Shown one piece after another: positions 10,520 through 20,144 of a DNA stretch of 32,000 nt. Each line of letters opens with the position of its first letter. The first letter of the stretch is position 1. The translations under genes and the position numbers were made by a program. The stretch covers positions 413,581 to 445,580 of the forward strand of contig NC_000909.1 of the NCBI RefSeq assembly GCF_000091665.1, written 5' to 3'. Under the pieces are notes generated by a model that saw only the letters and a program-made list of their open reading frames with translations, was not told where the DNA came from and searched no databases. Source of the stretch: Methanocaldococcus jannaschii DSM 2661 (GTDB taxonomy: Archaea; AGJL01; Methanococci; Methanococcales; Methanocaldococcaceae).

Positions 10520-11491
10520 TTAGAAATCATCCTCCTTAATTTCATCAAACTTATATTTAAAGCTATTTTTCAAGAAAAGTTTAAATTCTTCTGGAGTGTA
10601 AATTGGTTTTTTGTATAAGATATAATCGTCTAAAACGATTCTTGGACATGCAACTATAATATAGCAATCAACATCATAGAATAAAATATCTGGAGAAATA
10701 TTATCAACTAATATTGGGAGGTAATTAACATCGTTTTCTTCTAACAGTTTTATAATCTCATCAAAAACCCTCTTCCTACACTGTCCTTTTTTTGTTGATA
10801 AAACAACACCAACCTTTTTTGGTTTGTTTAATAATAGTTTAGATATTGCTAAAATTCTCTTTTTTATAAACTTATTAATCTCTTCTTCAGATATCTTGTC
10901 AAAGCACTTAGAGAGAGGATTGTATATAAAAACCTCCTTTTGATATTTATAAGCAATCATTAAAGGATGAAATCTTCCGGTTCCAACAAATAATATAACA
11001 TCCCCTTCTTTAACTTCTCCTCTACAACCTAAGATTATACTTGGATTAAAATCTTTTAAAAGTTTTTTATATTGGATGGTTGTTGCTATAGCAACTTTTT
11101 TTCCTCCACTTTTATGTTTTTCTATAAAGTTTTTTATATCATTTAAGATTTTTTCCTCTTCATCTTTATTGAATATGTGATATGCGGGAATGAAGAGGGT
11201 TTTAATCTCTGGATTTGCATAGCTAAGTTTTTCGTGTCCATAGTGTATGATTAAATCAACATTTAGGTTTTTAACATGGTTGTCTATTAAATCACATGCA
11301 CCGAAGCAAGTATTTCCCCATAGGTAAATCTCAATGTTTATATTTTTTTGTTTAAAATATTGCTTAATTTTTTCAATCTCTTTTTCAACTTTCAGCTTTA
11401 AACCTTCTGGAGCTTGAAAAATAACTTTTGGATTGTTTTTATTTAAATTTTCAATTTCTCTTATAACTCTTTCTGTTTCTAAGTTGAACAA
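10520..11491 (-). CDS. dph2: Diphthamide biosynthesis protein Dph2 (2-(3-amino-3-carboxypropyl)histidine synthase)
   Basis: Dph1/Dph2 family pattern (three-domain, conserved Cys, ...FVGTGRFHP...). The ORF-track start at 11542 is a TTG with no SD. The TTG at 11491 has GGTGA at 11497-11501 with 5-nt spacing and a TATA-like tract at ~11544-11558 upstream. The start is uncertain by 17 codons. Confidence 0.8.
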   Translation of the reverse strand: MFNLETERVIREIENLNKNNPKVIFQAPEGLKLKVEKEIEKIKQYFKQKNINIEIYLWGNTCFGACDLIDNHVKNLNVDLIIHYGHEKLSYANPEIKTLFIPAYHIFNKDEEEKILNDIKNFIEKHKSGGKKVAIATTIQYKKLLKDFNPSIILGCRGEVKEGDVILFVGTGRFHPLMIAYKYQKEVFIYNPLSKCFDKISEEEINKFIKKRILAISKLLLNKPKKVGVVLSTKKGQCRKRVFDEIIKLLEENDVNYLPILVDNISPDILFYDVDCYIIVACPRIVLDDYILYKKPIYTPEEFKLFLKNSFKYKFDEIKEDDF

Positions 11492-11974
11492 AGTAGTCAC
11501 CTTTTTTTGAAGTTTTTGATAAAATATAGTTTTAAAGAGCAACTATAAATATATATAATCTAATAATTTGAATGTATAGATTTTAGGTTTTAAATAAAAA
11601 TAGTTTTTAAGATTTTTGACATTAGCTTAATCCTTGTTTTAATGAACTAAAGGTTCAAATCCTTACTTCTGTCCTTATTTTATACTAAAACTCCTATAAC
11701 TATTTTTCTATATCCGTATCCAAATTTTTACTGCATGATTATTAAAACCTTTAAAAGATTAAGAAAGGTTTTGCATAGTCATATAAATCCGATACATAAC
11801 TATTAACAAAAATCCCCAATATTTACTATAAAAACTTAAAACCAAATCTTAAAACTATAAAAATATAAACAATACTCTAAACAAAATTAAAAAATCTAAT
11901 ATCAATATTAAAAATCCAATAAACTAAACTAAATATAATCAAATCTCAAATAAACTATAAAAAATGCTGAGTTG

Positions 11975-13459
11975 ATGAAGATGGCAGAGTTTATAATGGT
12001 TGTTGGAACATCATCAAATAGTGGAAAAACGACAATAACTGCTGGATTATGCAGAATTTTAGCAAATAAAGGCTATAAAGTAGCCCCATTCAAATCTCAA
12101 AATATGAGTTTGAATTCAAGAGTTGCAAAGGAAGATGGGGAGATTGCTATAGCCCAATACACTCAAAGTTTAGCTTGTAGGGTAGAGCCATCAGTTCATT
12201 TTAACCCAATTTTATTAAAACCAAAAGGTAATTTTATCTCTCAAGTTATAGTCCATGGAAGACCCTACAAAGACATGAATTATAATGAATATAGAAAAAA
12301 TAAAGATTTTTTCTTAAAGAAGATTAAAGAGAGTTTGGAAATTTTAGACAGAGAGTATGATTATGTTATTATGGAGGGAGCTGGGAGTTGTTGTGAAATA
12401 AATTTATTGAAGGATGATATAGCAAATTTAAGGATAGCTGAGCTTGTAAATGCCAAAGCTATTTTGGTTGCAGACATTGATAGGGGTGGAGTATTTGCCT
12501 CAATATATGGGACAATAAAACTATTGCCTGAAAATTGGAGGAAGCTAATTAAAGGAATTATAATAAACAAATTTAGAGGGAATGTAGAGGTTTTAAAGGA
12601 AGGGATTGAAAAAATAGAGGAGCTAACTGGTATTCCAGTTTTAGGCATAGTTCCCTATGATGAAAACCTTGTTTTACCAGAGGAGGATAGTCAAGTCCTA
12701 CAGAGCATGAGAAGTTTTGGAAATGCAAAAAGTGGAGTGGAAATTAATGTAGTTAGGTTTTCAAAGATATCAAACTTTACAGACTTAGACCCATTAAGAT
12801 ACGATGCATTTATAAAGTTTATCGACTTTGATGATGACATAACTGGAGATATCTTAATATTTCCGGGAACAAGAAGTTCAACAAAAGAAGCTTATTATTT
12901 AAAACAACATAACTTTGATGAAAAGGTTTTGGAGTTTTTGAAAGATGGGGGAATTGTTATTGGTATCTGTGGAGGTTATCAAGTTTTAGGAAAAGAGTTG
13001 ATTGATAAAGAGAAGAAAGAGTCAGATGTTGGAGATATTGAGGGCTTAAAAATCTTTGATGCAAAAACATACTTTGGAAATGATAAAGTAGTTAAAAACT
13101 CTTGTGGTTTCTTAGAGATTGATAATAAAACATTTAATGTTAAAGGCTATGAGATACATGAAGGCTTTACCTATTCAAAAGAAAAACCTCTCATAAAAAT
13201 TGAGAGAGGCTTTGGAAACTGTGGAAATGGTTTTGATGGTTCTATTAAAAAATTTGGAGATGGATTGGCTATAGGAACATACTTCCATGGAATATTTGAA
13301 AATTATGAGTTTAGAAATTATATCATTAATTTAATTAGAAAAAGGAAAGGTTTGGATGAGATTTATGGAGATTCATACAAAGATAGCATAGAAAAAAGTT
13401 TAAATTACTTTGCTGAAGTTGTAGAGAGAAGTGTTAATTTAAAGCCATTGGGCATTTAA
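11975..13459 (+). CDS. cobQ: Cobyric acid synthase CobQ/CbiP
   Basis: N-terminal DTB-synthetase-like P-loop (GTSSNSGKT) and C-terminal GATase (GICGGYQ, H-E). The start is ambiguous (TTG 11972; ATG 11975, 11981 or 11996). No SD is visible, and a TATA-like box at 11954-11963 would fit a near-leaderless mRNA. Confidence 0.88.
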   Translation: MKMAEFIMVVGTSSNSGKTTITAGLCRILANKGYKVAPFKSQNMSLNSRVAKEDGEIAIAQYTQSLACRVEPSVHFNPILLKPKGNFISQVIVHGRPYKDMNYNEYRKNKDFFLKKIKESLEILDREYDYVIMEGAGSCCEINLLKDDIANLRIAELVNAKAILVADIDRGGVFASIYGTIKLLPENWRKLIKGIIINKFRGNVEVLKEGIEKIEELTGIPVLGIVPYDENLVLPEEDSQVLQSMRSFGNAKSGVEINVVRFSKISNFTDLDPLRYDAFIKFIDFDDDITGDILIFPGTRSSTKEAYYLKQHNFDEKVLEFLKDGGIVIGICGGYQVLGKELIDKEKKESDVGDIEGLKIFDAKTYFGNDKVVKNSCGFLEIDNKTFNVKGYEIHEGFTYSKEKPLIKIERGFGNCGNGFDGSIKKFGDGLAIGTYFHGIFENYEFRNYIINLIRKRKGLDEIYGDSYKDSIEKSLNYFAEVVERSVNLKPLGI

Positions 13460-13510
13460 ATGAAATGAAATTAGAATAATTATAAAATAAAAAAACAAAC
13501 TGGGATAAAA

Positions 13511-14524
13511 ATGGTAGAGATTAACTTAAGAGAATTAAAAAAATATGCAAATCCATTCTTTTTAACTATAAGAAAGGATAAGATTTTAGTTAATAATAAA
13601 AGAATGGCAAGGTTATCAAGAACAAAGATGGATAAAATTGAAGAAGAGTTTGGAATTCCTGTTATTTATTCAAAAACTTATGAATATGTATCAACGAAGG
13701 TTGGGAGATTTATAAATAAACATAAAATTATAGCTCCAAGGGATATTGTTATAGTTGGATTGAGTGGAGGAAAGGATAGTTTGTTGTTATTGCATTTATT
13801 GGAAGTTTATAGAAGGAAATATGGAATAAAATTAATAGCTGTTACTGTAGATGTGAATATTGGGGGAATTAGACCATGGAAAGAAGATACAGAAGGAGTT
13901 AAGCTGATAAAACATCACTGTGAAATGCTAAATGTGCCACACATTATATTAAAAAATGATTTGGATGTTGTTGAACTATCTGAAATATTGACAAAACATT
14001 CCAAAGGAATGGAGTTTTCTCCATGCTTTTCCTGCTCTGTAATTAAAAGGCATTTGTTAGGAAAATTAGCTAAAGAAATTGCTGAAAATGAAAATATCCC
14101 TTATGAAAAGGTTAAATTAGCTTATGGACATAATTTAGATGATAATTCAGACACAATTTTGGCAAATATCTTTAAAGGAGAGAGATTAAAGTTTATGAGA
14201 CCATTGACAAGGTTTAAATACAATGAGGTTGATTATCAAAGCTTTAAAATTCCATTGGAGGAGTGTATAATAATCAGACCCATGCTTCCTATATTGGAGA
14301 GGGATATAATAAAAGCTCTTGAAGAGTGTGGGATAGAGTATTATAAAGATAAGGATATGTGTCCATACAGTAGGGATAGGGGGGACAGCGTTAGAAGGAG
14401 ATGTCATGAGATTTTAGAAAAGTTAGAGGAGGAGATTCCAAATATTAGGGAGATGGTTGTTAGCTCTGCGTTAAAAACAGTTGAGTACTATAGTAAAAAT
14501 CCTTACGGAGAGGATAACCTTTAA
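13511..14524 (+). CDS. PP-loop ATP pyrophosphatase family protein (TtcA/TilS-like, probable tRNA-modifying enzyme)
   Basis: 337 aa with the SGGKDS PP-loop motif (GLSGGKDSLLLLHL) and downstream Cys motifs (CFSCS, CPY). The exact substrate cannot be told from the sequence. Confidence 0.65.
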   Translation: MVEINLRELKKYANPFFLTIRKDKILVNNKRMARLSRTKMDKIEEEFGIPVIYSKTYEYVSTKVGRFINKHKIIAPRDIVIVGLSGGKDSLLLLHLLEVYRRKYGIKLIAVTVDVNIGGIRPWKEDTEGVKLIKHHCEMLNVPHIILKNDLDVVELSEILTKHSKGMEFSPCFSCSVIKRHLLGKLAKEIAENENIPYEKVKLAYGHNLDDNSDTILANIFKGERLKFMRPLTRFKYNEVDYQSFKIPLEECIIIRPMLPILERDIIKALEECGIEYYKDKDMCPYSRDRGDSVRRRCHEILEKLEEEIPNIREMVVSSALKTVEYYSKNPYGEDNL

Positions 14525-14991
14525 ATATTATTTCAAAAAAGACAATATATATTTAGTATTTATTGATACTACCTTGATAATTTTATTATAGGCATAGGAT
14601 TTTCAATTTTGTTAATTGATTTATGGATTGTCTTGTTGAATATGTTTGAAATTTGAAAATAAGAGTATTTAGGATTTATTAATTAGTTCAAAGAATTTTT
14701 ATTTAATTTCTAAGGGTTAGCTGGTTTGATTATTTAGAATATTTGAGTTTATTGAATTATTTAGATTTTTGAAAATTAAGATTAATTAGATAAGTAAATA
14801 AAATTTCTCTAACAAATAAGTTAAATTTTTAAATTTAAGGAGATAAGAATGCTCTGTTTTATTAAAGGGAGAAAATTTTAAATACTAAAAGATTTATATT
14901 ATGAGATAGTTATTTATCCTTAGAAAAATGTGGTGTAGAAAAGCTTAAATATTAGGAGAGTAGTATAAATTATATTGTGGATAAGCCTCCT
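14525..14991 (+). promoter_or_regulatory. CRISPR leader (AT-rich, ~465 nt)
   Basis: This non-coding AT-rich tract directly abuts repeat 1, at the end opposite the degenerate repeat. It contains TATA-like boxes near the array (agtataaattatatt, ~14960-14975). It fits the 'long repeat' segment described with the M. jannaschii short repeats in the original genome paper (from memory). Confidence 0.7.
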
Positions 14992-16056
14992 GTTAAAATC
15001 AGACCGATTCGGAATGGAAACTAACATAACAAAAATTCATCAAGTGTTTTACATTTTATGTGGTTAAAATCAGACCGATTCGGAATGGAAACTTAATTCT
15101 ATTTTTTATTTCAGTTTTGTCAATTTCTGATGTTAAAATCAGACCGATTCGGAATGGAAACAATAATATAAGTTGGCCAATCATTTCTCGGATGGTCAAC
15201 AGTTAAAATCAGACCGATTCGGAATGGAAACCGAAACAGATATATTAGGAAATTATATTGATGATATGTTAAAATCAGACCGATTCGGAATGGAAACTTT
15301 GGCAATTTATATAGCTCAATTGCGTATTCTTTCTTGTTAAAATCAGACCGATTCGGAATGGAAACATGAACTCTTTTAAATTATCTCTTTTACTACCCCT
15401 ACAAATTCCCGTTAAAATCAGACCGATTCGGAATGGAAACTATTTACCTAATATTTTGATTAAATACTAAAAATTCTGTTAAAATCAGACCGATTCGGAA
15501 TGGAAACTTTTTAGGTAGGATACTGAGGGCTGTAAGTTTTTTTGTTAAAATCAGACCGATTCGGAATGGAAACTCAGAATTCTCATCTGCATATTGCTTC
15601 ATTATTCTCTTTAACGTTAGTTAAAATCAGACCGATTCGGAATGGAAACGAGTGTGGATATGTTGAAGATTTTGGAGTTGATTATTGTGGTGGTTAAAAT
15701 CAGACCGATTCGGAATGGAAACTTATAACATAAGATTTTTATGTGTTCTTTTTGTTTTCTGTTAAAATCAGACCGATTCGGAATGGAAACATACTCAGAT
15801 TTTGTTGTATGATTTGCATCTTTATTTTGTTAAAATCAGACCGATTCGGAATGGAAACTTCGGTTATCAAAAAGTTTAAATTTATGATAGGAATGTTAAA
15901 ATCAGACCGATTCGGAATGGAAACTTTTTAACGAGAGTTTTCAGAGCATTTAGCTTTTTTGAGTTAAAATCAGACCGATTCGGAATGGAAACTAAGCTTC
16001 ACCTTTTAACAAATAATAAGCACTTGATTAAAATCATATCTCTTAGAGAATAAATT
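14992..16056 (+). CRISPR. CRISPR array: 15 identical 30-nt repeats GTTAAAATCAGACCGATTCGGAATGGAAAC plus 1 degenerate terminal repeat; 15 spacers of 34-46 nt
   Basis: Repeat starts: 14992, 15063, 15132, 15202, 15268, 15336, 15411, 15478, 15544, 15620, 15693, 15761, 15829, 15895, 15963. The degenerate copy is at 16027-16056 (ATTAAAATCATATCTCTTAGAGAATAAATT). All spacers are unique. Strand was chosen from the leader and degenerate-repeat polarity and the 3' ATGGAAAC tag. Confidence 0.97.
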
Positions 16057-16095
16057 ATGCTCTTTTTAGTACAAAATAGTTATTAATAAAAAAGA

Positions 16096-17052
16096 TTATC
16101 TAAAAAATCTTGCTCCTTGCTTAGTTCCTCTTTTTTTCAATATCTCACTCACTTTATTCATAATCTTCAATCTACCTAAATACCATTCTGGAGACACCTT
16201 AATACTTTCAGGAACTTTATCCTTAGACAATCTTTGAATTAACACATAAGGAGAGAGATGTTCTAAAAAATCACAAACTAAGCTTATATACTGATTTTCA
16301 TCTAATGTCCTATATTCTCCTTTCCAATACATCTCCTCTAATTTTGTCCCTTTAACAACAACTAAGGGATATATCTTAACTGCTTCAATCTCTAACAGAG
16401 ATAAAATTTTTGCTGTCTCCATCATCTCTTTCCAACTCTCTCCAGGAAGACCCAAAATCACATGCCCACAGACCTTTATTCCTCTTTTATGGCAGTCCTT
16501 TATTGCTTTTATAATATCTGAAACATCATGCCCTCTATTTAAAATCTCCAATGTCTTTTGATGCATACTTTGAACTCCCAAATCAATCCAAATGTCATAG
16601 CCATTCTCAACATATTCAGCTAAAATATCCAATTTCTCTTTTTCTAAGCAATCAGGTCTTGTTCCTATTGATAAGCCAATTACCTCTTTATAAGATAGGG
16701 AAAAATCCCAAATTTCTTTTAATTTCTCTGCTGGAGCATAAGTGTTAGTCCCAGGATAAAAATATATATAGAATTTTTTAAATCCTTTCTTTTTCTGATT
16801 TTCCATCTGTTTTTTAATTTGCTCTTTTAATGGAATTTTTGCACTGCAGTATTTGACGGATATTGGTCTTCCCATCTCTGGGCAGAAGATACATCCACCA
16901 TTTTTTTTGTGAGGACATCCAAGTCCAATATCAACAGGAATTTTGAAAATTTTCTGTTTAAATTTTTTCTTTATATAAATGCCATATTGAGCAAATAAAT
17001 AACCCTCACTATAAATTTCATCAATTATTTTAATATCATCGTAATTAAGCAT
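16096..17052 (-). CDS. Radical SAM protein, TIGR01212/YhcC-like family
   Basis: The cluster GCPHKKNGGCIFC resembles the CPNxDG...GCxFC motif of this family, with a TIM-barrel-like remainder. The ORF-track start at 17064 is a TTG inside the SD (ttGGTGGttattATG). The ATG at 17052 is preferred (318 aa). Confidence 0.75.
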   Translation of the reverse strand: MLNYDDIKIIDEIYSEGYLFAQYGIYIKKKFKQKIFKIPVDIGLGCPHKKNGGCIFCPEMGRPISVKYCSAKIPLKEQIKKQMENQKKKGFKKFYIYFYPGTNTYAPAEKLKEIWDFSLSYKEVIGLSIGTRPDCLEKEKLDILAEYVENGYDIWIDLGVQSMHQKTLEILNRGHDVSDIIKAIKDCHKRGIKVCGHVILGLPGESWKEMMETAKILSLLEIEAVKIYPLVVVKGTKLEEMYWKGEYRTLDENQYISLVCDFLEHLSPYVLIQRLSKDKVPESIKVSPEWYLGRLKIMNKVSEILKKRGTKQGARFFR

Positions 17053-17346
17053 AATAACCACCAAATTAAATATTAACTACTAAAATAAATTTTTATTAAT
17101 TGAGATTATTAAAGTTCATTATTGGATATATCAAACTGCGAAGTCCTATTCAAAGATTGCCATTAAAATTTCTAATATCAAAGTTTTACAAATAGAAAAA
17201 GAAGGACGAAAATTTTTAAAATAAGAATATGGACGAAACTGATGAATTGTAGATTTAAACATGGGTTGATAAACATAGTTATCTATTTATTAAAGAAAAT
17301 AATACTATAAAAAGAATAAAATTTAGCAGTTCTGTATGGTGGGATT

Positions 17347-18789
17347 ATGGAACTACATATAGATGAAAAGAGATTGTTAAAGATTTTTCAGGATAATAAT
17401 AGAGATGAGTTTAATTTAAATGAATTAGAGAAGTTCATGCCAAAAGAAAAGATTTTAAGGGTTTCTTTATGGTTAAAAGGTAAAAATTTGGTAGAAACAG
17501 AAGAAAAAGTAAAGAAGATAATAAAACTCATTAAAGAAGAAGAGTTTCCAGAGAGGAAAATAGCAAACTATTTAAAACAACACAACATCAAAGAAATTGA
17601 AATTAAAAACTTAAAAGATATTTTACCAAAAGAGGAAATTAATGCTGCCTTAGGTGCTATAAAAAGAAAAGGAATAGCAAGGATTGAGAAAGGTAAAATT
17701 ATTTTTGATAATTTAGATTACAAGGATGTTGAAGAACAACTATTACAAAAAATCAAAGAAAATAAATACCTCGACGACTTTAGTGAAGAGGAAAAAAAGA
17801 TTATAGACATTTTAAAAAAGAGAGGTTATGTAGATTTTGATGAAGAGAAAGAAATAAAGATAAAATTAACTGAAAAAGGAAAAGAGTTCATAAAAAATCC
17901 AATAGAGATTGAAGAAGAGATTACCCAATTAACAAGAGATATTATAATAAGTGGAAAGTGGAAAAAAGCATATATAAGACCTTATGACGTAAAAGTTCCT
18001 ACCAAGCCAATATACCCAGCTAAAGTCCATCCATTGACAAGAATTATTAGAGAGGTTAAAGAGATTTTATTAGCTATGGGATTTAAAGAAGTGAAAAGCC
18101 CAATTGTAGAAACAGAGTTTTGGAACTTTGATATGTTATTTGAACCACAAGACCATCCAGCAAGAGAAATGCAAGACACTTTCTTCTTAAAATATCCAAA
18201 TGAGGGAGATATTCCAGAAGATTTATTAAGTAAGGTTAAAGAAGTTCATGAAAGATGTTGGAAATACAAATTTGATGAAAATGTCTCAAGAAGATTGATT
18301 TTAAGAACTCATACCACTGCATCATCAATAAGATACCTTGCATCTTTATCAGATGAAGAAAAAAACAAGCCTCACAAGGTATTTTGTATAGATAGAGTAT
18401 TTAGAAATGAAGCAATTGATTATAAACATTTGCCAGAGTTTTATCAGTGTGAAGGAATTATAATGGATGATAATGTTAATTTTAACAACCTAATTGGAGT
18501 TTTAAAAGAATTCTTAAATAGATTGGGCTTTGAAAAGGTTAGATTTAGGCCAGCTTACTTCCCATTCACTGAGCCATCCTTAGAGGCAGAGGTTTATTTA
18601 GAGGGTAAAGGCTGGTTAGAAATCTTAGGAGCAGGAATATTTAGACCAGAAGTTTTAGAGCCAATTGGTATTGAAAAGCCAGTTTTAGCTTGGGGTATTG
18701 GGTTTAGTAGATTAGCAATGCTTAGATATGGATTGACAGACATTAGAGATTTGCATAAGAATGATTTAGATTGGTTGAAGAGAGTATAA
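17347..18789 (+). CDS. pheS: Phenylalanine--tRNA ligase alpha subunit
   Basis: 480 aa with class II aaRS motifs ([31 protein letters not shown]) and the long archaeal N-terminal domain. SD GGTGGG lies upstream. Confidence 0.95.
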
Positions 18790-18808
18790 ACTAAAATAAG
18801 TGATTGTA

Positions 18809-19276
18809 ATGGAGGAAATTATTAAAAAAGCTTTTATTGAATCAATTAATAATATTAGGAGAGGGGATAAAGAGGAAGAACTAAAAAAAATTCAAGAAAA
18901 GATAGTCAATGCCAAAAAGATTGTTGTTGCTACAAACAATCAAAAGAAATTTAAAGTAATAAGAGATATTATGTTAAGGGTTTGTAATGCAGAGATAAAA
19001 ATGCTCGATATAGATACAAGGTTCGCTGATTTAACAAGAATGCCAGCATTAACTAAAGGATTAATAGCTTTGGATATTGAAAAAGCTGATTTATACATTG
19101 CGAGGGGAAGATTGGGAGCTCCAGGTTCTGGTTCAATGCTTGTAATATTGGATGAGAAAGGGAGAGTTTTAACTGCCTCTTTATCACCTTCATCAGTTAT
19201 TCATAAAGAAGATATAGAGGAGAGAATAAAGAAAGAGTTAATTGAAGCATTAAGTAGAATTGGAATTTCCATTTAA
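18809..19276 (+). CDS. hcgB: Conserved methanogen protein, probably HcgB (FeGP-cofactor guanylyltransferase)
   Basis: 155 aa. The assignment rests on my recollection that the two genes after pheS in M. jannaschii (MJ0488/MJ0489) are hcgB/hcgC. I cannot point to a diagnostic motif. The ATG at 18809 is preferred over the GTG at 18800. Confidence 0.45.
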   Translation: MEEIIKKAFIESINNIRRGDKEEELKKIQEKIVNAKKIVVATNNQKKFKVIRDIMLRVCNAEIKMLDIDTRFADLTRMPALTKGLIALDIEKADLYIARGRLGAPGSGSMLVILDEKGRVLTASLSPSSVIHKEDIEERIKKELIEALSRIGISI

Positions 19277-19305
19277 TTTAATCTTTCATTTTGGGGTGTG
19301 GAATT

Positions 19306-20097
19306 ATGAAGTATGGAATAACTGAGATGGTAAAAACAATTGACACAAAAACAAGAGTTGTTGATGTGACAAATGAGATAGCAAAGAAAAAATATCAAGC
19401 AATTAGGGATTTCTTAGAGGGAGAGGAGTTTAAAGAAGTTGTAATATTTGGGGTCTATTTATGGGGAAATTACACTGCCCAAATGCTTTCAAAATATGCT
19501 GATAAAGTTTATTTAGTTGATATACATGAATTTATGAAAGGATTTGTTCCAAACAACAACAGTATAAAATTCTTAAATTTAAATGAGTTTAAACTAAAAT
19601 TTATAAGAGGAGAAGTAAATCCTGATTTAATTGTTGATTTAACAGGACTGGGAGGAATTGAGCCTGAATTTTTAGCTAAATTTAATCCAAAGGTTTTTAT
19701 TGTTGAAGACCCTAAGGGGGTTTTTGATGTTGATATTTATGAGGCAGACAATACATATAAGAGAACAGCTCCATTCATTGAAAAAGCAAAGGTAGGGGTT
19801 TTAAAAACCTATAGAAAGGCAAGAGTCTCAAAAACCTCTGGGACTATGACATTAACAATTGACACAATAGTTGATGCTTCAAGGGAGATAACAAGTTTGG
19901 ACGGAGTTTTATATGCTATTCCAAACTTAAGATATTATGAAGGAATTTTATTCCACGAAAATGATATTCACAAATTTTTATCAGAGATTTCACAACCTGC
20001 TATCACAATAAGCACATTAAACGATGTATTAGATGAAGCTGAAGAGATACTCTCAAATAACATTAATCTCATCTATTCTTTTGTTGAGGAGCTTTAA
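19306..20097 (+). CDS. hcgC: Conserved methanogen protein, probably HcgC (SAM-dependent pyridinol methyltransferase of FeGP cofactor synthesis)
   Basis: 263 aa with a Rossmann-like segment (VVIFGVYLWG...VYLVDIH). The assignment is from recollection of MJ0489 = HcgC. The ATG at 19306 follows GGGGTGTGG, and the ORF-track TTG at 19291 is rejected. Confidence 0.45.
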   Translation: MKYGITEMVKTIDTKTRVVDVTNEIAKKKYQAIRDFLEGEEFKEVVIFGVYLWGNYTAQMLSKYADKVYLVDIHEFMKGFVPNNNSIKFLNLNEFKLKFIRGEVNPDLIVDLTGLGGIEPEFLAKFNPKVFIVEDPKGVFDVDIYEADNTYKRTAPFIEKAKVGVLKTYRKARVSKTSGTMTLTIDTIVDASREITSLDGVLYAIPNLRYYEGILFHENDIHKFLSEISQPAITISTLNDVLDEAEEILSNNINLIYSFVEEL

Positions 20098-20144
20098 TTC
20101 CTCTTTTTAATTTAATTTTAAAATCTCTTTTGTGAGGGGAAATT

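Noticed and set aside
11600-11680. tRNA-like T-arm sequence GGTTCAAATCC (11652-11662)
   Set aside because: The flanks give only a 4-bp T stem. The 7 nt that would form the 3' acceptor strand (cttctgt) have no complementary 5' strand at the required distance. The region is AT-rich, unlike the GC-rich tRNAs of hyperthermophiles. It is not a tRNA. A decayed fragment cannot be excluded.
11743-11771. 9-bp perfect hairpin aaaaccttt/aaaggtttt with 11-nt loop in the dph2-cobQ spacer
   Set aside because: It is an isolated, mostly A-T stem of a kind that can be expected by chance in AT-rich DNA. There is no second copy or adjacent T-tract to suggest a function.
15120-15931. ORFs 15120-15305 (-) and 15743-15931 (+)
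   Set aside because: Both lie entirely within the CRISPR array. Their 'proteins' contain the translated repeat several times (e.g. KSDRFGMET), so they are artefacts.
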